64,000 nt of DNA. It comes from Candidatus Eiseniibacteriota bacterium. Its GTDB lineage: Bacteria; Eisenbacteria; RBG-16-71-46. Made by a program: the position numbers and the translations under genes. This document shows positions 42,903 to 52,400 of this stretch, piece after piece. The notes under the pieces are model-generated. The model was not told where the DNA came from. It was given only the letters and a program-made list of their open reading frames with translations, and made no database searches. How positions within the stretch are numbered: the stretch's first letter is position 1; every line of letters starts with the position of its first letter. The stretch spans positions 23,129 to 87,128 of the forward strand of contig JBGAOA010000006.1 of NCBI GenBank assembly GCA_044222065.1. Direction: 5' to 3'.

Positions 42903-44129
42903 CCGCCGCGACGAGCGCGAGTCCCGTGCCGGCGGCGCCCGTGAGGAGCCCCGGATCCTCGACGTACTCGCCTTCGCGCCGGCGCTCGAATCCGAACGTC
43001 GCGAAGCCCGCGACGTTCGGCCGGTCCGCGACGCGTTCGAGGGCGCGCTCGAACCACGCGAGCGCAGCGTCGCGGCAGACGGGATCGCCGCTCGCGCGCC
43101 ACAGCCGGTGGAAGACGTGCGCGACGCCCGCGGCGCCGTGGCAGAGCCCGGCGTCCACGACGCCGGACGATTCGACCGGACGCCGCGCCGCGGCGTGCGC
43201 GACGTCCAGCGCGAACGCGCGCAGGGCCCGGTCGTCGAGCGATTCGCCCGCGGCGGCGAACGCCGCGGCGACGCCGGGGTCGCCGTAGCACCACGCCACG
43301 CGCGCGGGCTCCGCACGATGTCGTGGGCGACGTAGTCGGGGAACGCGCCCGCGGCGCCGGCCGGGAGCCGCTGCGCCGCGAGCCACGCGGCGCCCGCGGC
43401 GAGCAGGCGGTGCGCGCGGGCGCGCAGCTCCGGGAACGACGCGAGCCGCGCGAGGATCGCGAGCACGCCGGGGACGCCGTGCGACAGCCCGAGGTTGAAG
43501 TACGTGTCCTCGGGCGCGACGTGGTCGGCGAGTGCGCGGCGCGTCAGCTCGCCGCTCGGCCACGAGAGCCCGGCGGACTGCGGCCGCGCGAGGCGCTCGA
43601 GGTGGTCGAGCACGGCGCCCGCGAGCGCCGGGCCCGTCGGCCGCGCCCGCCGCTCGAGCGCGAGCACGCCGAGTCCGGCGAGTCCGCCGATCAGGTCGAA
43701 GTCGGGGCGGAAGCCCGGATCGGCGAACGCGTCGAGCAGCGTCGCGTCGATGTCCGCGACGGGGTCGTCGTCACCCGCCTCGCCCGTGACGCGCAGCACG
43801 TGCTCGGTCGTCCACGCGATGCCCGGGAAGCCGCAGAACAGCGAATGGTCGAGCGTCTCCTCGGGGATCCGCTCGATCGCCTCGGACAGGAACGCGAGCG
43901 CGTGCTCCTTCGCCGCCGCCTCGCCGAGCGCCGCGAACCTCCACGCGTGGAACAGCGCGATGCCCGAGCGTCCGAGCGCGAGCGAGGTCGTGCGGACGCC
44001 GTTCTTCGGCGCGTCGCGGGCGATGTCCCAGCGGTCGAACGGCCGCGCGAGCGCGTCGCCCAGCTCGGCGATGCGGCGATGCGCTTCGCCGGCGAGCGCG
44101 CCGTCGAGCAACGGAGCGTCGAACGTCAC
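42847..44129 (-). CDS. lanC: Lanthionine cyclase LanC (one frameshift at ~43310)
   Basis: SLFCGFPG, FDLIGGLAG and NLGLSHGVPG (ORF ending at 44129), then RVAWCYGDPG, AGLCHGAAG and GLLTGAAG (ORF 42847). Zn ligands are present. Confidence 0.92.
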
Positions 44130-44152
44130 GGGAGGCCGCGGGCCGCAGACGC

Positions 44153-44185
44153 GACGAGCGGCCTCGCGAAGCGAGACCGCTCGTC
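44153..44185 (-). promoter_or_regulatory. Stem-loop between lanA and lanC
   Basis: Minus strand GACGAGCGGTCTCGC-TTC-GCGAGGCCGCTCGTC, a 15-bp stem with one G-U pair and no U-tract. Confidence 0.7.
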
Positions 44186-44205
44186 ACGCAGACGCGATCG
44201 CTCGA

Positions 44206-44361
44206 TCAGCAGAAGATCGGGCAGGAGAGGCGCGAGCTCGTGTGCGTGCAGGGGCAGCTCTTCGTGAGCGCCGCGCCCTCGACGCGCTTGGTCTCGGCTT
44301 CCGTGAGGCAGCGCAGCGTTTCGCGGTTCAGCTCGAGCTTCTTGATCGTCAGCTTCTGCAT
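44206..44361 (-). CDS. lanA: Lanthipeptide precursor LanA (51 aa)
   Basis: Manual translation: MQKLTIKKLELNRETLRCLTEAETKRVEGA-ALTKSCPCTHTSSRLSCPIFC*. GGAGGAG SD, directly upstream of lanC. Confidence 0.92.
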   Translation of the reverse strand: MQKLTIKKLELNRETLRCLTEAETKRVEGAALTKSCPCTHTSSRLSCPIFC

Positions 44362-44424
44362 GGAACTCCTCCGGGGTGAGAAGGACCGCTGGAACGCGCG
44401 TCTCTCGAGCGACGCGCGGGCCGG

Positions 44425-44454
44425 ACGTTAGGCGACGCGCCCGCGGCGCGGCAA
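44425..44454 (-). promoter_or_regulatory. Candidate sigma70 promoter of lanA-lanC
   Basis: TTGCCG-N18-TAACGT on the minus strand, about 65 nt upstream of the lanA ATG. Confidence 0.35.
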
Positions 44455-44480
44455 GGCCAAATTTGTGCGGCCGGAGCGCC

Positions 44481-46349
44481 TCAGCGGGGCTCGGCCGCGC
44501 GCTCGGCGAGTTCGCGCGCGCTCATTTCGATCTGCGGCCCGATCTGCTTCGCGAGTTCGTTGTTCGGGTCCATCGTCAGGCACTCGCGCAGCGCGGCGCG
44601 CGCCCGCGGGATGTCGCCGACCATCTCGGCGAGCTTCGCGCGCAGCGCGAAGGCGTCGGGCGTGGGGCCGCGCACCGCTTCGGCGCTCGCGATCAGCGAA
44701 TCCGCGCGGCCGATCTCGCCGCGGTTGATCGCGAGGATCGCGAGTCCGTGCGACGCCTGCGCGGTGAGCGAGGGGGCGGGCGGGTCCTGCAGCGCGAGCG
44801 CACGCCGGTACTCGGCCTCGGCTTCCGCGACGCGCTTGTCGGTCACGGCCGCGTGGCCGAGCGTCCACGCGACGAGCGCCTCCCGCGCGACCGGCACGAC
44901 GAGGTCGTAGTCGGGACGCAGGTCGTACGCGAGCACTTTCGCCGGCAGGGTCTCGGGCCGGAACGTGCCCTCGAACGCGCCGAAGCGCGCGGTCGTGTCG
45001 CGCAGCCAGTACTGCACCGCGAGCGACTCGCGGAAGCCGTTCAGCGTCATCTGGGGCAGACCCCAGTAGGCGACCCACGCGCGCGGCGGAAGTTTCGTGT
45101 TCTTCAGCGTCTGGCCCGTTTCGCTCACCGTCGTCTGGAGGCGCGTGAGCCGGCGGAACGACAGGTCCGAGGCCGACGGCGGCGGCTGGATGTCGAGCAC
45201 GCCCGAGGGTTCGGCCGCGAGCATCGCGACGAGCCGGACGCCGACGAACGCGAGCCCGATCGCCGGGTGCGCGGCGACGGCGAAGAGCGTCGCGGCGAGC
45301 GCGATCGCGGTGACCGGAACGAACGCGCGCCAGGCATTCCAGTCGGGGAGGAGCGCGCCGAGCGGCACGATCGCGAGCGCGCCGACGGCGAGCACGAGCG
45401 CGATCGCACGCCCGCTCGCGCGCACGCGGGCGCGCGGCGCCGGACCGAGCAGGCTCGTGAGCGCGATGCCGAGGACGGCGAGCGCGCACACCGGCGCGCC
45501 CGCGGCGACGGCGAGCGAGAGTCCTTCGGCGTTCGAGGCGGCCACGAGCGCGAGCGCGAGCGCGTGCGGGAAGCCCGACGCGGTGCGCGCGATCCCGCCC
45601 GGCGGCAGCACGACGCCGTGCGCGCCCGCGACCCCGTAACCCGCGAGCCACGCGGCGAAGAGCGCCGCGGCGAGCGCGGCGTCCACTCGCGCCGCCTTCG
45701 CGCCGCCGCGCAGCGCGCCGCCGAGGACGAGCGCCGGGAACGCGAGCACGCCGAGTTCGTGCGAGAGCGCGGCCACGAGCGCGGCGAGCGCCGCCGTCGG
45801 GCGCCGCCCCGCGAGCGACTCGTGGAACGCGAGCGCGAGCGCCAGAGTCGCGAGCAGGTGCTGCACGCCGCTCGGCCACGTGACGAGCGAGCGGACGGGC
45901 TCGGAGAGGAGCGGCGTCGTCGCGACGAGCGCGGCGAGCGCCGCGGGCCACCAGCGCCGCGCGATGCGGTACAGCACGAACGCGAGCGCGGTGACGAGCG
46001 CGAGGTTCAGCGCCGCGCCGAGGAGCGGCGCCGAATCGAGCCACGGCCCGACGAGCCCGAACCACAGCTGGCGCGACACCGGGCGCCAGTAGTAGGTCGC
46101 GCCCATCGAGCCGAACGGATCGAGGCCGTAGTGGAAGCGCAGCCGGTGCAGGAACTCGAAGTCGTCGGCGACCGGCGTGCCGAGCGGCGCACCACGCAGC
46201 GAGAACACGAGGGCGAGCAGCGCGGCGAAAGGCGCGAGCCGGCATCCCCACTCGAGTGCGGGCGGGCGCGCGGCGGGCGCGGCCTCCGCCGGCGGCGCGG
46301 GCCGCGCGGCCTCGCGTCCGGCCTTCCGTTGCGTCGAGGGGTGGCGCAT
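44481..46349 (-). CDS. Polytopic membrane protein (GT-C glycosyltransferase-like) with C-terminal TPR
   Basis: PVADDF.FL after TM1, YYWRPVS, ALSHE, many TM helices, and a TPR-like C-terminus (AEAEYRRALAL, L.MDPNN). Confidence 0.65.
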   Translation of the reverse strand: MRHPSTQRKAGREAARPAPPAEAAPAARPPALEWGCRLAPFAALLALVFSLRGAPLGTPVADDFEFLHRLRFHYGLDPFGSMGATYYWRPVSRQLWFGLVGPWLDSAPLLGAALNLALVTALAFVLYRIARRWWPAALAALVATTPLLSEPVRSLVTWPSGVQHLLATLALALAFHESLAGRRPTAALAALVAALSHELGVLAFPALVLGGALRGGAKAARVDAALAAALFAAWLAGYGVAGAHGVVLPPGGIARTASGFPHALALALVAASNAEGLSLAVAAGAPVCALAVLGIALTSLLGPAPRARVRASGRAIALVLAVGALAIVPLGALLPDWNAWRAFVPVTAIALAATLFAVAAHPAIGLAFVGVRLVAMLAAEPSGVLDIQPPPSASDLSFRRLTRLQTTVSETGQTLKNTKLPPRAWVAYWGLPQMTLNGFRESLAVQYWLRDTTARFGAFEGTFRPETLPAKVLAYDLRPDYDLVVPVAREALVAWTLGHAAVTDKRVAEAEAEYRRALALQDPPAPSLTAQASHGLAILAINRGEIGRADSLIASAEAVRGPTPDAFALRAKLAEMVGDIPRARAALRECLTMDPNNELAKQIGPQIEMSARELAERAAEPR

Positions 46350-46515
46350 GGCGCGCCCATCGTAGTCGAAACCGGCGCGCGCGCGGCAGCGACTTCCCGC
46401 GCTCGCGTGCGCTTTCGGGCCCGCAGAACGTTCGAGAGGCGCGGCCCCGTCCGGCGTCACCGCGCGGAGGGTCCCCACGCGCGGTCCCCGTCCCCCGCAA
46501 TCGCAGGGAGTTGCC

Positions 46516-49296
46516 ATGCCGATCTCCGTTTCGTGCTTCGCCCGCTCGAGCGTCCTCGCCGCGCTCTCGCTCTCGCTCCTCGCCGCGCGTCCGGCGCTCG
46601 CGGTTCCGCACGGCGGAGGCCCCGACGTCCTGGTCGGCGTCTCGCGCGCGCTCGGCCAGCCGAACGACGTCGACCTCGCCTTCACGAGCGGCGCGTACGC
46701 GTTCGCGTGCGCCCAGCTCGACGACCCGCTCGCGGGCGGCAAGGTGGTCGTCTACCTGTCGCGCGACCGCGGCGCGACCTGGTCACCGTGGACGTTGCTC
46801 GGCGATTCCGACTTCGATCTCACGACCGGCTATTACGAGCCGTCCCTCTACGTCGCCGAAGGAACGACGCCGCGCCTGTTCGTCGCGTTCCGGCACACGT
46901 TCATCGTGGGCGCGAGCACCTTCAGCAACATCGAGGTGATGCGCGCCGACCTCGGCGCGACGGGGCCCGGCTCGACCTCGACTTCGACCGCGATGTCGTC
47001 GTCCGGAGTGTCGTTCCGCCGGCCCGACGTCGCCGCCGACGACCGCACGACGCCGGCCTACACCGTGCACGTGATCGCCGAGGCCGCCGACGGCACGGGC
47101 ACCGACATCTGGGTCGCGCGCTCGACGAATCAGGGCGTGGCGTGGGCCGCCGAGTACGCGATCGCCTCCATCACGTCGGCCTTCGGCGGCAACGACCGCT
47201 ACCCGCGCATCGCCTGCGGCAGCGCCGGCTACGTGCACGCGACCTGGTCGTTCGCGCCGAATCCGATCGTCGGCGGCTCGCGCACCGTGGTCTACCGTCG
47301 CGCGAACGGTGGCGCCGCCGCGATCGGAAACTGGTTCGCGCCCGTCACGATCGCGACCGACTTCTACGTGAGCGACATCACGGCGGCCCCGACGGGCGGC
47401 AAGGTCACGATCTCGGCCACGCCGATCGGCGCCGCGACGAATCCGTGGTTCTTCACGTACCAGGCGGACGGCGCGGCGGTGTTCGGCAGCGGCACGAGCG
47501 CGCTGCTGTACGGTCCCGCGGGCGTCGCCGACTTCGACGGCGCCGGCGCGTTCGTCGCCGGCGTGCGCCTCGCCGACGGCCGGGTCCGTCTCGGTCAGTC
47601 GATGGCGGACACGCTCTCGGACGCCGCCGTCGCAGTCGTCACCGACGACCGCACGGTCGTCGCCGCGCTGACGAGCCCCTACGCGGACGCCGGCTCGGTG
47701 TGGATCGCGCCCGGCTCGGGGGCGGGCGACACGCTCCGGTTCGACGCGAGCTACTTCCTGCGCCCCGCGTTCCCGCGCCACTTCCGCACGAAGGTCCTCG
47801 CGGACCCGCCGGTCACGCCGCCGACGCTCGCTCAGCTCGACGCCGATCCCGAACTCGAGATCGTGTACGGGGACGCGACGGGCAAGGTGCACGTGCTCGA
47901 AGCCGCCGGCGCCGAGAAGGCGGGCTGGCCGTACTTCGCCGGCAGCCTCGCGACCGACGCGACGATCGCCGTCGGCGACGTGGACGGCGACCACGAGAAC
48001 GAAGTGGTCGTCGGGAACCTCGCGGGCCAGGTCATCGCGCTGAACGCGGACGGCTCGCTCCGCGCCGGCTTCCCGAAGTTCGTGAACACGGGCAAGAGCG
48101 TGCACGTCTCGCTCGGCGACCTCGTCGGCGACGCGCGCGCCGAGATCGTCGCGTGCGCGGGGAACCAGGTGCACGTCTACGACGGCGGCGCGAACGAGGC
48201 GTCCGGCTTCCCCGTGTTCACGACGGTCTCCGTCGACATCAAGTGCCCGGCGTCGATCGGCGACCTCGACGGCGACGGCCACCGCGAACTCGTCGTGCTC
48301 ACCGACGGCTCGATCCGCTGGTACTCGAACGACGGCACGCTCGGCGTGCTGCGTTCGATCGCGGGCACGGTGTTCGAGGAGCCGGCCTCGCTCGCCGACG
48401 TGGACGGCGACGGCGATCTCGAGATCGCGACCGCGACGACCGCGGGGCGCGTGGACCTCGTGGATCACGCGACGCTCGCGGACCGCACGGGATGGCCGTA
48501 CCTCGCGACGAACCCCGTGTACGGGGTGGCGTTCGGCAAGGTCTCGGACCCGGAGCCGCTCGGGCTCGCGTTCCTCGCCGGCGGCAACGTGCACCGCATG
48601 CGTCCCGACGGCACGCACGTGGGCGCCGTCTACAACGTCGGCGCGCTCGCGCACGGCGCGGCGCCGGTGATCGCGGAACTCGACGGCTTCGGCGGCGCCC
48701 GCGAACTCGCGTTCGGGAGCCCCGACGCGCAGTACCGCGTGACCGACGACGGGCCGTCCTACGCCGCGTTCTGGCCGATGCCGGCCGGCGACGTCGTCGA
48801 CGACATGGCGGCGATGGGCGACCTCACCGCGAGCGGGAACACGCACCTCGTGTTCCTGAACCACGCCGGGCTCGACGTGTTCGAGCTGAACCAGCCGCTC
48901 ACGACGGCCGACCTGCAGACGTCGTGGCCGCAGTACGGGTACGACGCCGGCCACGCGTCCTGCTACCGCTGCGGCGGCTCGGCCACTGTCGGCGTGCCGG
49001 ACGAAGGCGCCGCGTCGGCCGCGCTCGCGCTCGCCGCGACGCCGAACCCGTCGCGCGGCGCCGCGACGCTGTCGTTCTCGCTCGAGCGCGGCGGCGAGGC
49101 GACGCTCGCGATCCACGACGTCGGAGGGCGCGTGGTGCGCCGGATCGCATCGGGCCCGCTCGCCGCCGGCGCGCACCGCGTGACGTGGGACGGCCGCGAC
49201 GAGCAGGGGCGCGACGCGGCTCCCGGCCTGTACTTCGCACGCCTCGCGCTCTCGGGCGAGCGCGCCGTCGCCGCGCGGATCGTGCGCGTACGGTGA
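46516..49296 (+). CDS. Secreted BNR/Asp-box + FG-GAP-repeat protein with FlgD-Ig-like C-terminal domain
   Basis: Signal peptide. SRDRGATW and STNQGVAW Asp-boxes. GDVDGD, GDLDGDG and ADVDGDGD repeats. PNPS...WDGRDEQG...GLYF. Confidence 0.85.
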   Translation: MPISVSCFARSSVLAALSLSLLAARPALAVPHGGGPDVLVGVSRALGQPNDVDLAFTSGAYAFACAQLDDPLAGGKVVVYLSRDRGATWSPWTLLGDSDFDLTTGYYEPSLYVAEGTTPRLFVAFRHTFIVGASTFSNIEVMRADLGATGPGSTSTSTAMSSSGVSFRRPDVAADDRTTPAYTVHVIAEAADGTGTDIWVARSTNQGVAWAAEYAIASITSAFGGNDRYPRIACGSAGYVHATWSFAPNPIVGGSRTVVYRRANGGAAAIGNWFAPVTIATDFYVSDITAAPTGGKVTISATPIGAATNPWFFTYQADGAAVFGSGTSALLYGPAGVADFDGAGAFVAGVRLADGRVRLGQSMADTLSDAAVAVVTDDRTVVAALTSPYADAGSVWIAPGSGAGDTLRFDASYFLRPAFPRHFRTKVLADPPVTPPTLAQLDADPELEIVYGDATGKVHVLEAAGAEKAGWPYFAGSLATDATIAVGDVDGDHENEVVVGNLAGQVIALNADGSLRAGFPKFVNTGKSVHVSLGDLVGDARAEIVACAGNQVHVYDGGANEASGFPVFTTVSVDIKCPASIGDLDGDGHRELVVLTDGSIRWYSNDGTLGVLRSIAGTVFEEPASLADVDGDGDLEIATATTAGRVDLVDHATLADRTGWPYLATNPVYGVAFGKVSDPEPLGLAFLAGGNVHRMRPDGTHVGAVYNVGALAHGAAPVIAELDGFGGARELAFGSPDAQYRVTDDGPSYAAFWPMPAGDVVDDMAAMGDLTASGNTHLVFLNHAGLDVFELNQPLTTADLQTSWPQYGYDAGHASCYRCGGSATVGVPDEGAASAALALAATPNPSRGAATLSFSLERGGEATLAIHDVGGRVVRRIASGPLAAGAHRVTWDGRDEQGRDAAPGLYFARLALSGERAVAARIVRVR

Positions 49297-49466
49297 GCGG
49301 TCGCCGGACGGCCGCCTCGCCACTTTGTCAGTTGTGGAGGCGCGGCGGCCGTCCGTAGCCTCTCGGCGTCGCGACCTTCATCGCCGGGCGTCGCGGCGCG
49401 ATCCCCCACGGTCGAGCCGCGGAAGCCAGGACGCCCGCCGTTCCCCTCACGTCCGTGGGAGGCCTC

Positions 49467-52400
49467 ATGCTCCGCCGCCTCGCCGACGCGCGCTCGCGCT
49501 TCGCGCTGTTCGTCGCGCTCGCAGCCGCATCCGCCGCGCCGTCCTTCGCCCAGAACGAAATCGCGATCGAGAACGCGCTGCCCGGGAACCCGTCCTCGGA
49601 GTGGGACGTCACGGGCGCGGGCGATCCGAGCATCCAGGGCTTCACGACCGACATCAGCGTGAACCAGGGCGAGACGGTGTTCTTCAAGATCGGCACGCCC
49701 GCCGCCGACTACCGCATCGACGTCTATCGCATGGGCTGGTACGGCGGACTGGGCGCGCGCAAGGTCGCGACCGTGCAGCCGTCCGCCTCGCTGCCGCAGG
49801 CGCAGCCCGCGCCGCTGACCGATCCCGCGACGGGGCTCGTGGACTGCGGGAACTGGGCGGTGTCGGCGTCGTGGGCCGTGCCCGCGGACGCCGTGTCGGG
49901 GATCTACGTCGCGAAGCTCGTGCGCGAGGATCCCGAGGACGGCCGCGCGAGCCACGTGCTGTTCGTCGTGCGCGACGACGACGGCGGCTCGGACCTGCTG
50001 CTGCAGGCGAACGACGAGACCTGGCACGCGTACAACACGTACGGCGGGAACAGCCTCTACAACGGCTCGCCCGCGGGGCGCGCCTACAAGGTGAGCTACA
50101 ACCGTCCGTTCACGACCCGCTGCTGCAACTACCCGGACGGCGCGATCGTGACGTGGTTCTTCAGCGCGCCGTACCCGATGGTGCGCTGGCTCGAGGCGAA
50201 CGGCTACGACGTCAGCTACACCACCGGCGTGGACACCGACCGCCGCGGCGCCGAGCTGCTCGAACACGGCGTGTTCATCTCGGTGGGCCACGACGAGTAC
50301 TGGTCGTCGCAGCAGCGCGCGAACGTGAAGGCGGCGCGCGACGCCGGCGTGAACCTCGCGGTGTTCAGCGGCAACGAGATGTTCTGGAAGACGCGCTGGG
50401 AGCCGAGCCTCGACGCCGGCGGGACGCCGTACCGCACGCTCGTCTGTTACAAGGAGACGCACGCGGGGGCGAAGATCGATCCGCTCGCGAACGTGTGGAC
50501 GGGCACGTGGCGCGACCCGCGCTTCAGCCCGCCCGCGGACGGCGGCCTGCCCGAGAACGAACTGCTCGGCACGATCTTCAAGGTGAACGGCGTCACGAAC
50601 AACGAACTCGTCGTGCCCGAGGCCGACGGCAAGATGCGCCTGTGGCGCAACACGAGCGTCGCGACGCTGCTGCCCGGGCAGAGCGCGACGTTTGCGACCG
50701 GCACGCTCGGCTTCGAGTGGGACGAGGACGCCGACAACGGCTTCCGTCCGCCGGGCCTGTTCCACGTGACGTCGACGACCGTGAGCGGCGTGCCCGTGCT
50801 GCAGGACTACGGCTCGACGTTCGGCTCCGGCACGGCGACGCACCACGCGACGATGTATCGCGCGCCGAGCGGCGCGCTCGTCTTCAGCGCGGGCACCGTG
50901 CAGTGGTCGTGGGGGCTCGACGCGACGCACGACAATCCCGGCACGCCGTCCGATTCGCGGCTGCAGCAGGCGACGCTGAACCTGTTCGCCGACATGGGCG
51001 TCCAGCCGACGACGATCCAGCCCGGGCTCGTGCCGGCGAGCGCGTCGGCCGACGCGATTCCGCCGTCTTCGGCGATCGTCTCGCCGCTCGCGGGCGCCGA
51101 CGTCACGGCCGGCACGCTCGTCACCATCACCGGCGCCGCGTCGGACGCCGGCGGACGCGTCGGCGGCATCGAGGTGTCCGTGGACGGCGGCGCGACGTGG
51201 CACCCCGCGCAGGGCCGCGAGTTGTGGAGCTACGCGTGGACCCCTTCGAGCGCCGGCAGCGCGACGATCCGCTCGCGCTCGGTGGACGACTCCGGGAACC
51301 TCGAGTCGCCGGGCGCGGGGGTCACCGTGACCGTGCATCCGCCCGTCGGCGGAGTGTGCCCGTGCCACCTGTTCGAGGGCGCGGGCGGACCGGCCGCGAG
51401 CGACGCGCAATCGGTCGAACTCGGCGTGCGCTTCCGCTCCGACCGCAGCGGATTCGTCACCGGACTGCGCTTCTACAAGCCGGGCCCTTCGAACGGCGGC
51501 ACGCACGTCGGCCACCTGTGGACGAACGCCGGCGCGAACCTGCGCGCGGCGACGTTCGCGAACGAGACCGCGTCGGGCTGGCAGCAGGTGGACTTCGGCG
51601 CCGGCAACGAAGTGCCGGTCACCGCGGAGACGCTCTACGTCGCGAGCGTGCTCATGCCGCAGGGGAATTACGCCGCGACTCAAGCCTACTTCGCGACGCA
51701 CGGCGAGGACCGCGCGCCGCTGCACGCGCCGCGGGACGGGGCGGGCGGCTTCCCGAACGGCGTGTACGCGTACGGCGCGGGCGGCTTCCCGACGGGCACG
51801 TTCGCGTCGTCCAACTACTGGGTGGACGTCGTGTTCGACACCGCGCTCGCGGGCTCCGACACGACCGCGCCCGCGATCTCGAACGTGCTCGCAACGCCCG
51901 GGCCGGACGGCAATAGCGCAACCGTGTCGTGGACGACGGACGAGCCCGCGACGTCGCGCGTGGACTACGGCACGTCGGCCGGCGCGCTCTCCGCCTCGGC
52001 ATCGAACGGCGCGTTCGCCACCTCGCACGCGCTCGCACTCGCGGGCCTCGCGCCGGGAACGACGTATCACTACCGCGTCACCTCGGCCGACGGCTCGGCG
52101 AACGCGGCGACGTCACCCGCGCCGCCCGCGGCGCCGCTCACGTTCGCGACCGCGTCGCCGCCGTGCGTCGCGGACGCTACGAGCGCCGAGTTCGCGCGCG
52201 GCCGGTTCGGCGCCGGCGCGTACGCGGGCGCGACCGCCGACGGGGAGGTGATGCTCGCGCCCGCGGCGGGCTCCGAGTTCGGCGGCGCGGGATTGCCCGC
52301 GGGCTGGACGGGCACGCCGTGGGCGGCCGGCGGCGCCGCCGCCGTGTCCGGGGGCGCGCTCGCGGTGGACGGCGCGCGCGCCGGGACCGACGCCGCGTTC

